From Octopus vulgaris (Eukaryota): a stretch of DNA of 64,000 nt. The notes beneath the pieces were generated by a model. The model made no database searches, had not been told where the DNA came from, and was given only the letters and a program-made list of their open reading frames with translations. How positions within the stretch are numbered: position 1 is the first letter of the stretch; the number at the start of each line of letters is the position of its first letter. Positions 13,204-26,739 of this stretch are shown here, in pieces. The position numbers were made by a program, and so were the translations under genes. The stretch covers positions 23,002,001 through 23,066,000 of the forward strand of contig OX597841.1 in the NCBI GenBank assembly GCA_951406725.2. The letters are read 5' to 3'.

Positions 13204-13593
13204 CAGTATTTGTCCCTCACTACTACCTGACAACAGTGCAGGTGTGTTTATGTACCCATAACTTAGCAGTTCAGCAAAAGACATCAACAGAATAAGTACC
13301 AGGATTTTGAAAAAACTAAGTCCTGGTGTCAATTCATTCAACTAAAATTTTTTCAAGATGTCGCCCCAGCATGGCCAGTCGCGATCAAATGACTGAAACA
13401 AGTAAACAATAAAAAATATATGCATATAGACACAAGAATGGCTGAGTGGTAAAAAGCATGCTTTCCAACCACATGGTTCCGGGTTCAGTCCCACTGCGTG
13501 GCATCTTGGGCGAGTGTCTTCTACTATAGCCCCAGGTCAACCAAAGCCTTGTGAGTGGATTTGATAGACAGAAACTGAAAGAAGCCTGTCATA

Positions 13594-13636
<43 letters not shown>

Positions 13637-13974
13637 ATGTGTTTGTGTGTCTGTGTAGGTCCCCCACCATCACTTGACAACCAATGTTGGTGTGTTTATG
13701 TCCCAGTAACTTAGTTGTTCAGCAAAAGAGACTGGTAGAATAAGTACTAGGTGAGCTGGCAGAAACGTTAGCACGCCAGGTGAAATGCTTCACGGTATTT
13801 CGTCTGCTGTTATGTTTTGTGTTCAAATTCCGCCGAGGTCAACTTTGCCTTTCATCCTTTCGGGTTTGATAAATTAAGTACCAGTTACACACTGGGGTCG
13901 ATGTAATCGACTTAGTCCCTTTGTCTGTCCTCTCTGTGTTTATCCCCTTGTGGGTAGTAAAGAAATAGGTATTA

Positions 13975-14005
<31 letters not shown>

Positions 14006-15968
14006 AAATTTTCAGTATGTGACCTCGTGAAGACTACCTGCAATTTTTTTTCCCTGTCCTCCCGCCTCGGGATCTTTCTTTCTCCTATGTTTCCGACGAA
14101 GAGCTCCGCTTGAAACGTCAAATCCTCCTTCTTCCCTTCTTCCCTGAGCGTCCAATAATACTTTATTTGTTCCACATCCTCGCGTTGTTGTCTTTTTGTT
14201 TTCTTGTTTGGATTAACTTTATATATATATATACATATACACACACATACACAAAGAAGATATTCTCATACATATAATCAGAATACAACAGAGTCTCTAA
14301 CTGTTATCCTTCATTGTATTCACAATGTCAATGAAACCAATAACATCTCTTCTCTCTTCAGAAAATATCTAACATGAAATACATATAAATATGTTTAAAA
14401 AATGATTTTATTAGAAATATTACAGGAGTAAGTTATCTCACCAACATAGATACAGTTATAGAAAATATATTGGGAGATTAATATCACACACTGTTATATC
14501 GTTTTTCCAGAATCAATACTTCAGAATGTCTGTCTCTTAACATTGATCTTCCATAGTGGTACGCGCTGGACAATTTGACAGGAGATGACAAGTCCAATGA
14601 CTGCTTTAAGTGTCAATGTCTTCAGCTGGATGCTCTGTCCATAACATCAGCTCTAGTAAAGTTACTGTGCACTTGGCATGAATAAGGTCCCCTAGAAGCA
14701 AAGGTAGTTTTATGTTGGGAGATAAATTAAATATTAAAAGAAAGGGTTTTGTGGTTAGTAAAGACCCCACTTTAGTCACAAATGACCATGGGATTGCACA
14801 TAGAAAGTTCCCCTTTGAGGCACAAGTCCAGGCAAAGTTATTTGTGGAAAACCATCACCCATGCATACTAGTCTCCCCTTTCCATACCACTGATGTTGTC
14901 AAAAAGAAAGGCAAAGGCTGACAGAACTAGGCACCAGTGATGCCACAACCCATTGTTATAGCTAAGTAAAATTAGAGCAACTTGAAATAAAATATCTTCC
15001 TTAATAACACAACACACAGTCTGTTCAGGAATCGAACTCACAACCTCATAATTGTAAGCTCAATGCCCTAACCACTGAGCCATGCTTATTGTTATATATC
15101 ATATTTATCTTTTAAGATGAATTTTAATGAATTGCTGATTAAGATTAATATTTTTAACCTTGGTATACCTAGACATTTTGTAAGTACTATATCTATTTCT
15201 TTATTACCCACAAGGGGCTAAACACAGAGGGGACAAACAAGGACAGACATAGGTTTTAAGTCGATTACATCGACCCCAGTGCGTAACTGGTACTTAATTT
15301 ATCGACCCCGAAAGGATGAAAGGCAAAGTCGACCTCGGTGGAATTTGAACTCACAACGTAACGGCAGACGAAATACCACTAAGCATTTCGCCTGGCGTGC
15401 TAACGTTGCTGCCAGCTCGCCACCTTTTTTGTAAGTACTATATCGTCATCAATTTGATGCCCACTTTCCATGCTGGCAAGGGCTGGACTGTTTGACAGGA
15501 TCAGGTGAGCCCCAGCACTATGCCAGGCTGCAGTGTCAACTTTTGCAGGGATTTTCTGATTGGAGGATGATGATGATAATGATCATCATCATCCTTATTG
15601 AACATCTATTTTCCATGCTGGCATGAGTTGGACGGTTTGACAGTTGACCAGCCGAAGGGCTGTTCAGACCCCATGTCTGTCTTGGCATGGTTTCTACAGC
15701 TTGATGCCCTTCCTAACACCAACCACTTCACAGAGTGTACTGGGTGCTTTTTATGTGGCACCAATGCTCATGCTAATGTTAACCACTTTGCAGCAGCCAT
15801 AGAAACCAAACTAAAATAGACTATGGAGCCTGGTGCAGCCCCTGTTCTTGCCAGTTCCTTTTAAGCCGTCCAACCCATGCCAGCATGGAAAACAGATGTT
15901 AGATGACGATGATGATGGACATCGACAATGAGACAGTCACTGCTCTGTATTAATACATGTATGTGTAA

Positions 15969-16815
15969 TTAACCCTTTCATTATGAACCCGGCTGAAACC
16001 GGCATGGCTCTGAGTACAAGTGTCTTGTTTTCATAAGTTCTGAATTAAAATCTTCCTCCAAACCTTAGTCACAATTTATGTTCCTAACACTAGCTGAATG
16101 ATAACTAAGTTATTTTACTAAATTCTTTGTTATATTTAAAGTAATTGAAAGAAACACAGAGCATCTCAAAATAAATATGGTACAAAAGGGTTGAAATATA
16201 TAATAGAGAAACAATTCTTAACCCTTTTGATACCAGCCTGGTTGAAACCACTTCTGTCTTTGTAGTACAAATGTCTTGTTTTCATAAGTTCTGAATTAAA
16301 ATTTTCTACCAAAATTTAGTCACAGTTTATGTTCCTAACACTGACTGAATGATAACTAAGTTATTTTACTAAATTCTTTGTTATATTTGAAGTAATTGAA
16401 AGAAACACAGAGCATCTCAACAGAAATATGGTAACAAAAGGGTTAAGAAGAGAAATAATCAGCAGAAAACCTGAGAAGGAGACCTCAATGTGGTCACTCT
16501 ATATGCTAGAAATAATAGCCTAAATTTCTTTCAATCCACACCCTCTCAACTGCTTCTAATGTCCATCTACCCAAATGTAGAAGTGTTTTTAACCCTTTCG
16601 ATGCCAACCTGGCTGAAACCACCTCTTGCTCTGTAGTATAAATGTCTAGCTTTTGTAAGTTTTGAATTAAAATCTTCCACCAAACTTTAGTCACAGTTTA
16701 TGTTCCCAATACTAGTTGAATGATAACTAAGTTATTTTAGTAAATTCTTTGTTATATTTAAAGTAATTGAAAGAAACAGAGCATCTCAAAATAAATACAG
16801 TAACGAAAGGGTTAA
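15969..16815. mobile_element. Three TTAA-flanked (piggyBac-like) MITEs; also 35856-36430 and 50730-51205
   Basis: TTAACCCTTT...AAAGGGTTAA termini, about 225 bp each. Confidence 0.75.
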
Positions 16816-16849
16816 GAGGCCTTCTTTAGAGAAGCATTTACTACAGTTG

Positions 16850-17965
16850 TCAGAGATATGGTTTTTCTTCTGTATGCATACACTTGTGCATAGCGAATTG
16901 AGCAGACTTGGAGAATGATTTACCACAGATATTACAGTTATATGGCTTCTCTCCTGTATGGAGACGTTTATGAATAGCAAATTGACCAGATGTTGAGGAT
17001 GATTTACCACAGATATCACAGTGATACGGTCTCTCTCCAGAATGAATATATTTGTGAGTAGTTAGAGTATTTGAGTGAGAGAAAGATTTACCACAAATAT
17101 CACAGAGATATAGTTTCTCCCCTGTATGAATACGTTTGTGACTAGATAGTTCACTACTTCGGGAGAATGATTTACCACAGATATCACAGTGATATGGTTT
17201 CTCCCCTGTGTGAATGCGTTTATGAAGAGTTAAGGGACTACTTTCTGAGAATGATTTACCACAGATATCACATTGGTATGGCTTTTCTCCTGTGTGAATA
17301 CGTCTGTGTTCAGTTAAGTGTGTATTTTGTGAGAAGGATTTACCACAGATATCACACTGATATGGTTTATCCCCTGTATGAAAGCGTTTATGAAGAGTCA
17401 AATCACTACTCCCAGAAAAAGACTTATCGCAGACATCGCAGCGGAATGGTTTCTCTCCTGTATGAATGCGTTTGTGTTTAGTTAAGCTGCTTCCGACGGA
17501 GAAAGATTTACCACAGATATCACAGTGAAACGGTTTCTCTCCTGTATGAATACGTATGTGAACAATTAAGTTACTCCTTTGGGAGAATGATTTACCACAG
17601 ATATCGCAATGATGTGGTCTCTCTCCTGTGTGAATACGTTTGTGATTAGTGAGAGCCCCTTTATCAGAGAATGACTTACTACAGATATCACAGTGATATG
17701 GTTTCTCTCCAGTATGAATACGTACATGGACGATCAAGTAACTACTTTGAGAGAATGATTTACCACAGATATCGCAGTGATATGGTTTCTCTCCTGTGTG
17801 AATACGTTTGTGATTAGTGAGAAGCCATTTGTCAGAGAATGATTTACCACAGGTGTCACATTTATAAGGTGTTTTCTTTCTCTCTTTCTTTATATCATCA
17901 GGAAAATTAATAGTTTTACATTTTGTTTTAAATCCATCTTTCTTCTCACATAATGTATTTTCCAT
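16850..17965 (-). CDS. C2H2 zinc-finger protein ZNF-A3 (12 fingers)
   Basis: 371-aa ORF with TGEKPY linkers; N-terminus MENTLCE...FPDDIKKE related to A1/A2. Confidence 0.95.
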   Translation of the reverse strand: MENTLCEKKDGFKTKCKTINFPDDIKKERKKTPYKCDTCGKSFSDKWLLTNHKRIHTGEKPYHCDICGKSFSQSSYLIVHVRIHTGEKPYHCDICSKSFSDKGALTNHKRIHTGERPHHCDICGKSFSQRSNLIVHIRIHTGEKPFHCDICGKSFSVGSSLTKHKRIHTGEKPFRCDVCDKSFSGSSDLTLHKRFHTGDKPYQCDICGKSFSQNTHLTEHRRIHTGEKPYQCDICGKSFSESSPLTLHKRIHTGEKPYHCDICGKSFSRSSELSSHKRIHTGEKLYLCDICGKSFSHSNTLTTHKYIHSGERPYHCDICGKSSSTSGQFAIHKRLHTGEKPYNCNICGKSFSKSAQFAMHKCMHTEEKPYL

Positions 17966-20431
17966 AATTTTTCTACTCTCATTAAAACATAGATCGTTAA
18001 TTCTTTTTTCTTTTCAGTTATATATCTATTCTTTTAACAAATGTTTCTACAACTATATTTTCATCAACTCTGATCTTTGTTGATATTTGAAGCAGCTGAA
18101 AAACTTCTTTGCCAATGTTTTCCAAGCTTAATGTATCATCTAAACATTCCAAGAAAAATGTTGATATTAACCTCTGTTCAAAAGAAATATTTTACTGTAA
18201 TTCATCACAGGTTTATATAATCTGGACCAGATCACTTCTGTAAAACATTTTCATCAACTCTGATCTTTGTTGATATTTGAAGCAGCTAAAAACTTCTTTG
18301 CCAATGTTTTCCAAGCTTAATGTTTCATCTAAACATTCCAAGAAAAATGTCGATATTAACCTCTGTTCAAAAGAAATATTTTACTGTAATTCATCACAGG
18401 TTTATATAATCTGGATCATATCACCTCTTGTAAACATTTTCTTTTAATCTTCAAAAGATGTTAAATACTGATGTTGTATCTCATGTAAACAATCCTTTCA
18501 TCACAAATGTCATTTGATAAGCTGAAATAAGAATGAAACAAAAGTATAAGACATGAAAAATATTTAAATAGTAGAGATGCAACGATATTACATTTTAGCG
18601 ATATTATTTTTTAATGGAATTAATGAACTTATCCAACGTTGTCTCCGGTGGCGTAGGAGTGGCTGTTTCCGGGTTCAGTCCCACTGTGTGGCACCTTGGG
18701 CAAGTGTCTTCTACTATAGCCTCGGGCCGACCAAAGCCTTGTGAGTGGATTTGGTAGACGGAAACTGGTATGTGTGTGTGTCTGTGTTTGTCGCCGCTCC
18801 CAACAACGCTTGACAACCGATGCTGGTGTGTTTACGTCCCCGTAACTTAGTGGTTCGGCAAAAGACACCGATAGAATAAGTACTAGGCTTACAAAGAATA
18901 AGTCCTGGGGGTCGATTTGCTCGACTAAAGGCAGTGCTCCAGCATGGCCACAGTCAAATGACTGAAACAAGTAAAAGTGAAAGAATCAGATAGGGATTTT
19001 AGAGATCTTGTGTAAATTAGTTTCAGGGTGGCTGTGTGGTAAGAAGCTTGCTTCCCAACCACATCGTTACGAGTTCAGTCCCACTGCATGGCACCTTGGG
19101 CAAGTATCTTCTATTATAGCCTGGGGCCTACCAAAATCTTCCAAGTGGATTTGGTAGACGGAAACCGAAAGAAGTCCGTCGTATATATATTTATATTACT
19201 ATATGTGTGTGTATGTCTTTGTGTTAATGTTTGTCCCCCACCATCGCTGGGCAACCAGCGTTGGCGTGTTTACGTCCCCTCGGCAAAAATTACCGATAGA
19301 ATAAGTATCAGGCTTTATAAAATAAGTCCTGGGGGTCAATTTGTTCGACTAAACCTTTCAAGGCTGGGTCCTAGCATGGCCGCAGTGCAAAATGACTGAA
19401 ACAAGTAAAAGATCGAAAAGAAAAAGAAAAAAACGCGTAACTTCGGTATAGGTACCGAATACATTTCAAGAAAGTGTTTTTTTTATATATATATATATAT
19501 ATATATGGGGTTAGGGTTAGAGGTGGGAGAAAAGGGTTTCTGTTATCTTCAGAAATGTAAACAAAGCCACTTACGGTACTTATACCGAAGGATCACCGGA
19601 AAAAAAAAAAAAGGCGATCTTTCGTCTCTAGTAGACCTTTCCGTCGATTTCCGTTAAAAATTTTTTTTTTTTTACATATGGGCTTTGCGGGAACTTTTGA
19701 AGTAATGAGAGCGAAAGAGACTAAGAGAAAGCGATTGTATGACGAGGGAAGTTCTTTTGAAGTTACCGTCCAGGGGAAGCATTGATGTACATGTGTGTGT
19801 GTGTGTGTGTGTTTGATGGGGTGTGGGAGACAGACAGTATGTTGTGTAAGTGAAGTGCTTCTGTTAGTGTGTGTGAAGAGACAGAGAGAGTAATGTGTCT
19901 CTTTCGCTCTCATTACTTCAAAAGTTCCCGCAAGCCCATATGTAAAAAAAATAAATTTTTTTTTACGGAAATCGAAGGAAAGGTCTACTAGAGACGAAAG
20001 ATCGCCTGTTAGGGTTAGGGTTAGGGGTGGGAGAAAAGGGTTTCTGTTATCTTCAGAAATGTAAACAAAGCCACTTGCGGTACTTATACCGAAGGATCGC
20101 CGAAAAACAAAAAAATCACTGATTTCAGGAATTGATTAGAAAACAGAATCAATATCGATGAATAAGGGACAACATTAAAGAATGTGTTCCGTCGAGGCAT
20201 TGGTGGTGGGGAGGAATCGGTTAATGCCGACGAAAACGTACAATATTAACGGGTATAAATAGTTTCATTATCGAATACTTACGGAGATGTTTTATAAAGG
20301 AGGAGAATGATGGATTCAACCGCATCAGGGATGTGGGAAATATCTGACGTAAGACAGGAATAACGAAGGAACGGAATCGGAGTGAGTTCTCTTGTGGCGC
20401 ATGCGTAGAAGTGACATTTCTGTTATACGCC

Positions 20432-20465
20432 TGTATGTATGTGTGTGTATGTATGTGTGTGTGTA

Positions 20466-20498
<33 letters not shown>

Positions 20499-20930
20499 GT
20501 GTGTGTATGTATGTATGTACGTATGTATGTATGTGCGTACGTATGTGTGTATGTATGTATGTATGTTTGTATGTGTGTGTGTATGTGTGTATGTATGTAT
20601 GTGTGTGTGTGTATGTATGTATGTATGTACGAGTGTATGTATGTATGCACGTATGTATGTATGTGTGTATGTATGTATGTGTGTGTGTATGCTTGTATTG
20701 TGTATGTGTGTGTGTATGTATGTATGTATGTATGTATGTGTGTGTGTATGTATGTATGTGTGTGTGTGTATGTATGTATGTACGTATATGAATGCGTGTG
20801 TCTGTCTGTCTGTCTGTATGTATGTATGTATGTTTGTATGTATGTGTGTATGTATGTATGTGTGTATGTATGTATGCATGCATGTGTGTGTGTATGTATG
20901 TATACGCAGGTATGTGTGTGTGTGTGTGTA
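20432..20930. repeat. (TATG/TG)n compound microsatellite
   Basis: Seen directly; explains the spurious HT/YV-rich ORFs. Confidence 0.95.
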
Positions 20931-21112
20931 TAATAGAACATTGCGATCCGAAAAGATCTTGGTACAGGCAGTTAGCATCATGCACGTATTCGGCTTGGAT
21001 AGATGACACACAAAGCGGATGGAACTCGTTCAACAAAATTTATTAACCAACATGTTTCATATACTTCTTTCCCTATCGAATTTAATGGCAATTTCGATAA
21101 AACACACACACG

Positions 21113-21552
21113 CGGTGGCAGAAACGTTAGCACGTCGGATGAAATGCTTAGTGGTATTTCGTCTGCCGTTACGTTGTGAGTTCAAATTCCGCCGAGGTCG
21201 ACTTTGCCTTTCATCCTTTCGGGGTCGATAAATTAAGTACCAGTTAAGCACTGGGGTCGATGTAATCGACTTAATACCTATGTCTGTCCTTGTTTGTCCT
21301 CTCTATGTTTAGCCCCTTGTGGGTAGTAAAGAAATAGGTATTTCGTCTGCCGTTACGTTGTGAGTTCAAATTCCGCCGAGGTCGACTTTGCCTGTCATCC
21401 TTTCGGGGTCGATAAATTAAGTACCAGTTACGCACTGGGGTCGATATAATCGACTTAATACCTATGTCTGTCCATGTTTGTCTCCTCTATGTTTAGCCCC
21501 TTGTGGGCAATAAAGAAATAGGTATTTCGTCTGCCGTTACGTTCTGAGTTCA
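21113..21552 (+). mobile_element. SINE family B, tandem multimer (other copies 13750-13970, 15192-15422, 42038-42495, 44727-44920, 45450-45750)
   Basis: TGGCAGAAACGTTAG head, GAGTTCAAATTCC B-box-like motif, core GCCTTTCATCCTTTCGGGGTCGATAAA. Confidence 0.85.
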
Positions 21553-21659
21553 ACATATATACATGCATAATATATCTACCCATACACACACGCGCACACA
21601 CACACACACACACACACACATACATAGGGGCAGGTGTGGCTGTGTGGTAACAAACTACG

Positions 21660-22850
21660 TTCGAAGATACTGTACTTGATATGGGCGGTTGTGTCTTGCC
21701 GGTCTAGGGCCTACCTTCAACAAACCGGGAAGGCACAAACACTCTGTCTTCACATTTGCTGCGTGAGACATGTTTTAATGTTGACGAGCTTGCCGAGTAC
21801 ATAGCCGAAAATGAGCCAAAGCTCCTTCCAGAACACAAGTTCGCTTACAACTCATTTGTTAATTCAGTCCGGACCAAAGCTATGGGGAATTTTTTTCCTG
21901 GACGCTCCTGGGGGCACTGGGAAAACTTTTGTCAACAAATTAATATTGGCTGAGATTAGGCGAACACAAGGCATTGCCCTAGCTGTTGCATCATCTGGAA
22001 CTGCGGCTACTTTGTTGCCAGGCGGCAGGACAGCTCACTCCACTTGACTTAGCGAAGACTGAGACACCAACTTGCAACATCAGTAACAGCTCCGATCAGG
22101 CAGAAGTCTTCAGACGATGCAAGCTTATCGTTTGGGATGAATGCACGATGGCCCACAGAGGTGCTCTTGAGGCACTAGATAGATCTCTCAGAGACATCAA
22201 ACACTCTTCAGCTCCCATGGGAGGCATAACACTTCTTTCAGGGGACTTCCGACAAACACTTCCCGTTATTCCCAAAGGGACTAGAGCTGATGCAGTAAGT
22301 GCGTGTCTTAAGTCATCCACGTTGTGGCCACTGGTGAAGACTCTCAACTTCACACCAATATGCGTGCTCATATGCGACGTAATATCACATTAGCAGCATT
22401 TTCTCACACCCTCCTTGCACTTGGCGATGGCAAAATACCAGGGGATGAAAATGGTAATATTGCCATCGATTCCATTTGTACCATTGTTAAAACACCTTCT
22501 GACCTCAGAGATGCAGTGTTCCCAGATCTACAAGCTAATTATCAGAATATGGATTGGATTGGCCAAAGGGCTATTCTGGCCGCGAGGAATAAAACTGTTC
22601 ACCATATTAATGATGAAATGCTAAAACTCATTCCTGGGGATGTCTATGTATATAAGTCTATCGATACAACTCCTGACCCAGAGGACGTCATCAACTATCC
22701 AATACAGGTACTCAATTCCTTTGAGCCCCCGGACTACTACCACACTTTCTCAAACTTAAAGTTGGTGCCCCTATAATGCTCATTAGAAATTTGGTTCCCC
22801 CAAAACAATGCAATGGCACACGTTTGATCGTTAAGTCCTTATCTCCCACC
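21660..22850 (+). mobile_element. Helitron RepHel PIF1-type helicase fragment, frameshifted
   Basis: Motifs FLDAPGGTGKTF, VASSGTAATLLPGGRTAHS, IVWDECTM, GDFRQTLPVI, RAILAARN spread over several frames. Confidence 0.9.
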
Positions 22851-23563
22851 GTAAACTTATATCAATATTTGCCTGAATAATCATTATAATTCAGTGTAAT
22901 CATTAACAGTACTTTCAAGCAGCATTGCCGGGCAATTCCCGTACTTGTTTCAGTCATTTGACTGCGGCCATTGCACCGCCTTTAGAGTGGTGAAAGAGTA
23001 CAGCAGGGATCACCACTATCCCCTGCCGGAGCCTCGTGGAGCTTTTAGGTGTTTTCGCTCAATAAACACACAACGCCCGGTCTGGGAATCGAAACCGCGA
23101 TCCTCCGACCGCAAGTCCGCTGCCCTAACCACTGGGCCATTGCGCCTCCAATATATATATTGGAAGGTTTAGAGATGATGTACAGGTATTATATATTAGA
23201 AGAAATGAGGTAATCAGAAGATCGGATGGTTTATATTTACAGATATTTATTTATATATTACATTTTTTACATATATATCATATCGTTTAGATCATTAGCG
23301 CTTTCTCCCATTCTAGTGGGGTTTTCAAATCAAAATAATTCCTTTGTGGGGAATTTTAATCATTTTATAGAGTTTCGTAGTGTTCCTCCCCACCACTACG
23401 AAACTCTATAAAATGATTAAAATTCCCCACAAAGGAATTATTTTGATTTGAAAATGGGAGAAAGTGCTAATGATCTAAATGATATGATATATATATAAAA
23501 AATGTAATATATAAATAAATATCTGTAAATATAAACCATCCGATCTTCTGATTACCTCATTTC

Positions 23564-23623
<60 letters not shown>

Positions 23624-23904
23624 ATGGTAGAAGTTTATTAGTGTAATGGTTGAGTCAACAATTTGTAAACAATAGTATGGAACGTCAGAGTCATAATCAG
23701 TTTGTAAGGATTGGTTCGTTGATTGTCATTATGTAAAGATGAAAGAACGGTGATTGAAGTTGTAAAAAAATATTTATTTTACCGTTAAAATACCTTGCCT
23801 CGAGAGGCAGGTGATGAAATCATAAAGCATGCAAAGTGAAGATAGATGTCGTAGGTTTTCCTTGTATAGTTTGTGTTCGTGCTCTCGTCATTGTGTTGTA
23901 GTAA

Positions 23905-24160
23905 TCTTTTATATGAAATTCAAGTTGTGTGTGTGAGACTCTGTCTCCTCCGATTTAGATTCCTAACTACTCCCACATTTTGCGGTGCAGTTTAACCAAA
24001 AGCGGGTATCTTATAGTCGTCATTCATATCGAGCCCTTCTGGGTATTAGCGCGCGTCTACGATGAATTTTGCTCGGGTTATATAAGGGAAGTAACTCTCT
24101 AAAAATGCTTATATAGTTATTTCCCTTACAAACCCGAGCAACGCCGGTCGATACTGCTAG
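23905..24160 (+). mobile_element. Short non-autonomous Helitron
   Basis: A|TC 5' end; 3' hairpin ccgagcaacgccgg followed by CTAG|T. Confidence 0.6.
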
Positions 24161-24229
24161 TTACAGATAGAAATTGGGTGATGTTGTAAGAGAAAATAAG
24201 GTGAGCCAGTGAGAGAGGGGGTAAAGAAA

Positions 24230-25140
24230 CAAATGCTTCGTTGGTGAGTTACCATAGTTGTCCTTTTATGCCCTTGCTTGGTTCTTGGGGCAGTTCTTCT
24301 ATATGTGGCCCGATTCCAGGCACAGGTGACACTTGGGGGGGAGGCTCCATCAAGAATCACCGGATACCTAGAACCGGCCATCTTTAAGAAATCTGGAAAA
24401 ACCAGATCTTTGGCTGATTGGGTCCATAGTGTCAAAATTACTTTCGACCTCACCCAATCAGCCACAGGAAACGTTTTAGCATTTAAGAGCCTGGTTCCGC
24501 TGCTACCCAGATTCCGGCGGATAGTATCCTCTATCCACTCGGGGTCTATTCCGGGTGGCAGCCCACACACCCAGGCTCTTGTCAATTTCCTCCCTCGATA
24601 TGTGGGGAGAAACAAAATTTTTTACCCCCTTCCAGGGGCTGACTAGTGAAGATGCGAGCCTCCTCAGGGGTGTCAAACAGCACCCACACTGTTGCAAATT
24701 TGGCACCCCTTGCAATAAACTTGATAGTTGGCAGACATTATGCCAACTCTTTCTCTATTTCAACCCGAGAGAACACAGTGATGGTGTCGAGGGACTTGGA
24801 ATATGTCCTCAACACCGCCATTCTCTCATTACGGTCCTTTATCCACTGCCTAGGGGGCAAAATTTCCCACTCTAGTACAGTGTTTTTCTCTGTTGCCATC
24901 CTTGCAAACACAAAGAAAGTTTCCAACACAAAGTTCAAAAATGTTCAATGTGGTGTGTGCGCGATTTGAATATAACGGCACCTACCAACTCTTCCTTGTG
25001 ATGGAGACCCTTCTGTGGTAACTAATCCTTCGACACAGCCCCGACCTGAACACTAATGATAGCAGCTGCTCACCCAAACCCTTAGCGACCGTCCTCACAC
25101 GTCTTGTCACCCGGACGACCCACGCTGGAAAGGCTCAATT
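24230..25140 (-). pseudogene. Decayed gag/ORF1-like sequence (L1/Tx1-type non-LTR retrotransposon) with a CCHC zinc knuckle
   Basis: RRM-like segment (RAWVCGLPPGIDPEW); after a frameshift the minus strand reads PKCHLCLESGHI*KNCP (CX2CX4HX4C) near 24288-24338. Confidence 0.7.
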
Positions 25141-25511
25141 CACCGCTGCCTCCGCACGCCTGACAGCTTCCCCTTCCGGTTGCCCCAGCTTCCGGTCGCC
25201 CCAGCTTCCGGTCGCCCCAGCTTCCGGTCAACGCACCCAGCTGCTGACGTCATCCCACATTCAATAAAAAATACATAAAAAGAACAGAAAGACGGAGCAG
25301 AGAGAAAGAACGAAGGGAGACAGTTCAATTCACGGCAACACAATTCCGCCACTCCATTATCCACTCCAGTTCCCCGTCGCAGCCAAAAAGTTAATTCTTG
25401 CTGCCCTCGTACTCCTTGGTTGTGGTACATCCAATGGAACCTCTTGGTCTGAAGTAAACTTCTCGCTTTAGCAACGAACCAACCAGTACGTGATCGTTCG
25501 ATTTGCTAGAC

Positions 25512-26073
25512 CAGTGCTTTTCAAACTTTTTGCTGGAGCAGAACCCCAAGGAAACATTCCACTGGCTCACATACTCTTTTGCTTGTTTCAGTCATTTGAC
25601 TGCGGCCATGCTGGAGCACCGCCTTTAGTCGAGCAAATCGACCCCGGGACTTATTCTTTGTAAGCCCAGTACTTATTCTATCGGTGTCTTTTGCCGAACC
25701 GCTAAGTGACGGGGACATAAACACACCAGCATCGGTTGTCAAGCAATGCTAGGAGGACAAACACAGACACACAAACATATACATATATACATATATACGA
25801 CGGGCTTCTTTCAGTTTCCGTCTACCAAATCCACTCACAAGGCATTGGTCGGCCCGGGGCTATAGCAGAAGACACTTGCCCAAGATGCCACGCAGTGGGA
25901 CTGAACCCGGAACCATGTGGTTGGTTAGCAAGCTACTTACCACACAGCCACTCCCGCGACATATCACACATATCTGCACAGGAGAATTAAAAATTACTGC
26001 CGATTTTAGCAGTTTTGTAACTTATTGCGGAAACCCTGGACTGTACTGGCGGAACCCTGGTTGAAAACCAGTG
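25512..26073. mobile_element. hAT (Charlie-like) MITE with a nested SINE; second copy 45098-45298
   Basis: CAGTG termini; 8-bp TSD tgctagac. Confidence 0.8.
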
Positions 26074-26139
26074 TGCTAGACGTAGCAACCAAACTGAAGC
26101 ATTCGAAGTTGACGAAGACAATGTTAATTGCTTATATAT

Positions 26140-26548
26140 GCATTTGTTATTGGTCTATATACATGGTTTGAATATAATGCTCTAATCGAGGATTGAACGC
26201 TCTGGTCAGAGGTCAGTCAGTGTGACCTGCTACCCAGCAGCCAGTCGGTAGCCAACACTGCTGATAAGTGATTGGCCTTGACCCCTCTCTTGGTGACGTC
26301 ACTTCTCTTAGACGTTTACTTTATATAATGATAAGAACCTATATTTACCATTCAACATACAATATCCATATAAACTTACAAATAATTGATTTAAAGATAT
26401 TAAGAATACTTTAAACTAGAAAATGTAAGGATTGAATATCTTTACAATATAACAGGTAATTAAATGTGATTGGAATAAATAATTTACACATCAGTGGGTG
26501 TAACATTAACTTGTGTGAATATAGTCTGTGGTAAAAAGTCAAAAATTT
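26140..26548 (+). promoter_or_regulatory. U2 upstream promoter block (duplicated at about 29365-29773)
   Basis: Near-identical between the two copies; contains the palindrome GTGACGTCAC (CRE-like); the PSE is expected here but cannot be pinned down. Confidence 0.6.
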
Positions 26549-26739
26549 ATCGCTTCTCGGCCTTTTGGCTAAGATCAAAGTGTAGTATCTGTTCTTATCA
26601 GCTTAATATCTGATACGGTCCCTATCTGGGACCATCGATATTAAACTGATTTTTGGAACGAGGCGAAGTGTTAGGGGCTTGCTCCGCCTTTGCCACGGGT
26701 TGGCCTGGTATTGCAGTGCTTCCAGGATTCAGCCCATCT
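26549..26739 (+). ncRNA. RNU2: U2 spliceosomal snRNA, copy 1
   Basis: ATCGCTTCTCGGCCTTTTGGCTAAGATCAAAGTGTAGTATCTGTTCTT 5' end; branch-site GTAGTA; Sm site GATTTTTGG; stem-loop IV CCTGG-TATTGCAGTGCTT-CCAGG. Confidence 0.98.

Noticed and set aside
20221-21046. Long HT/YV/CM-rich ORFs (also 31102-32240)
   Set aside because: Translations of stop-free microsatellites
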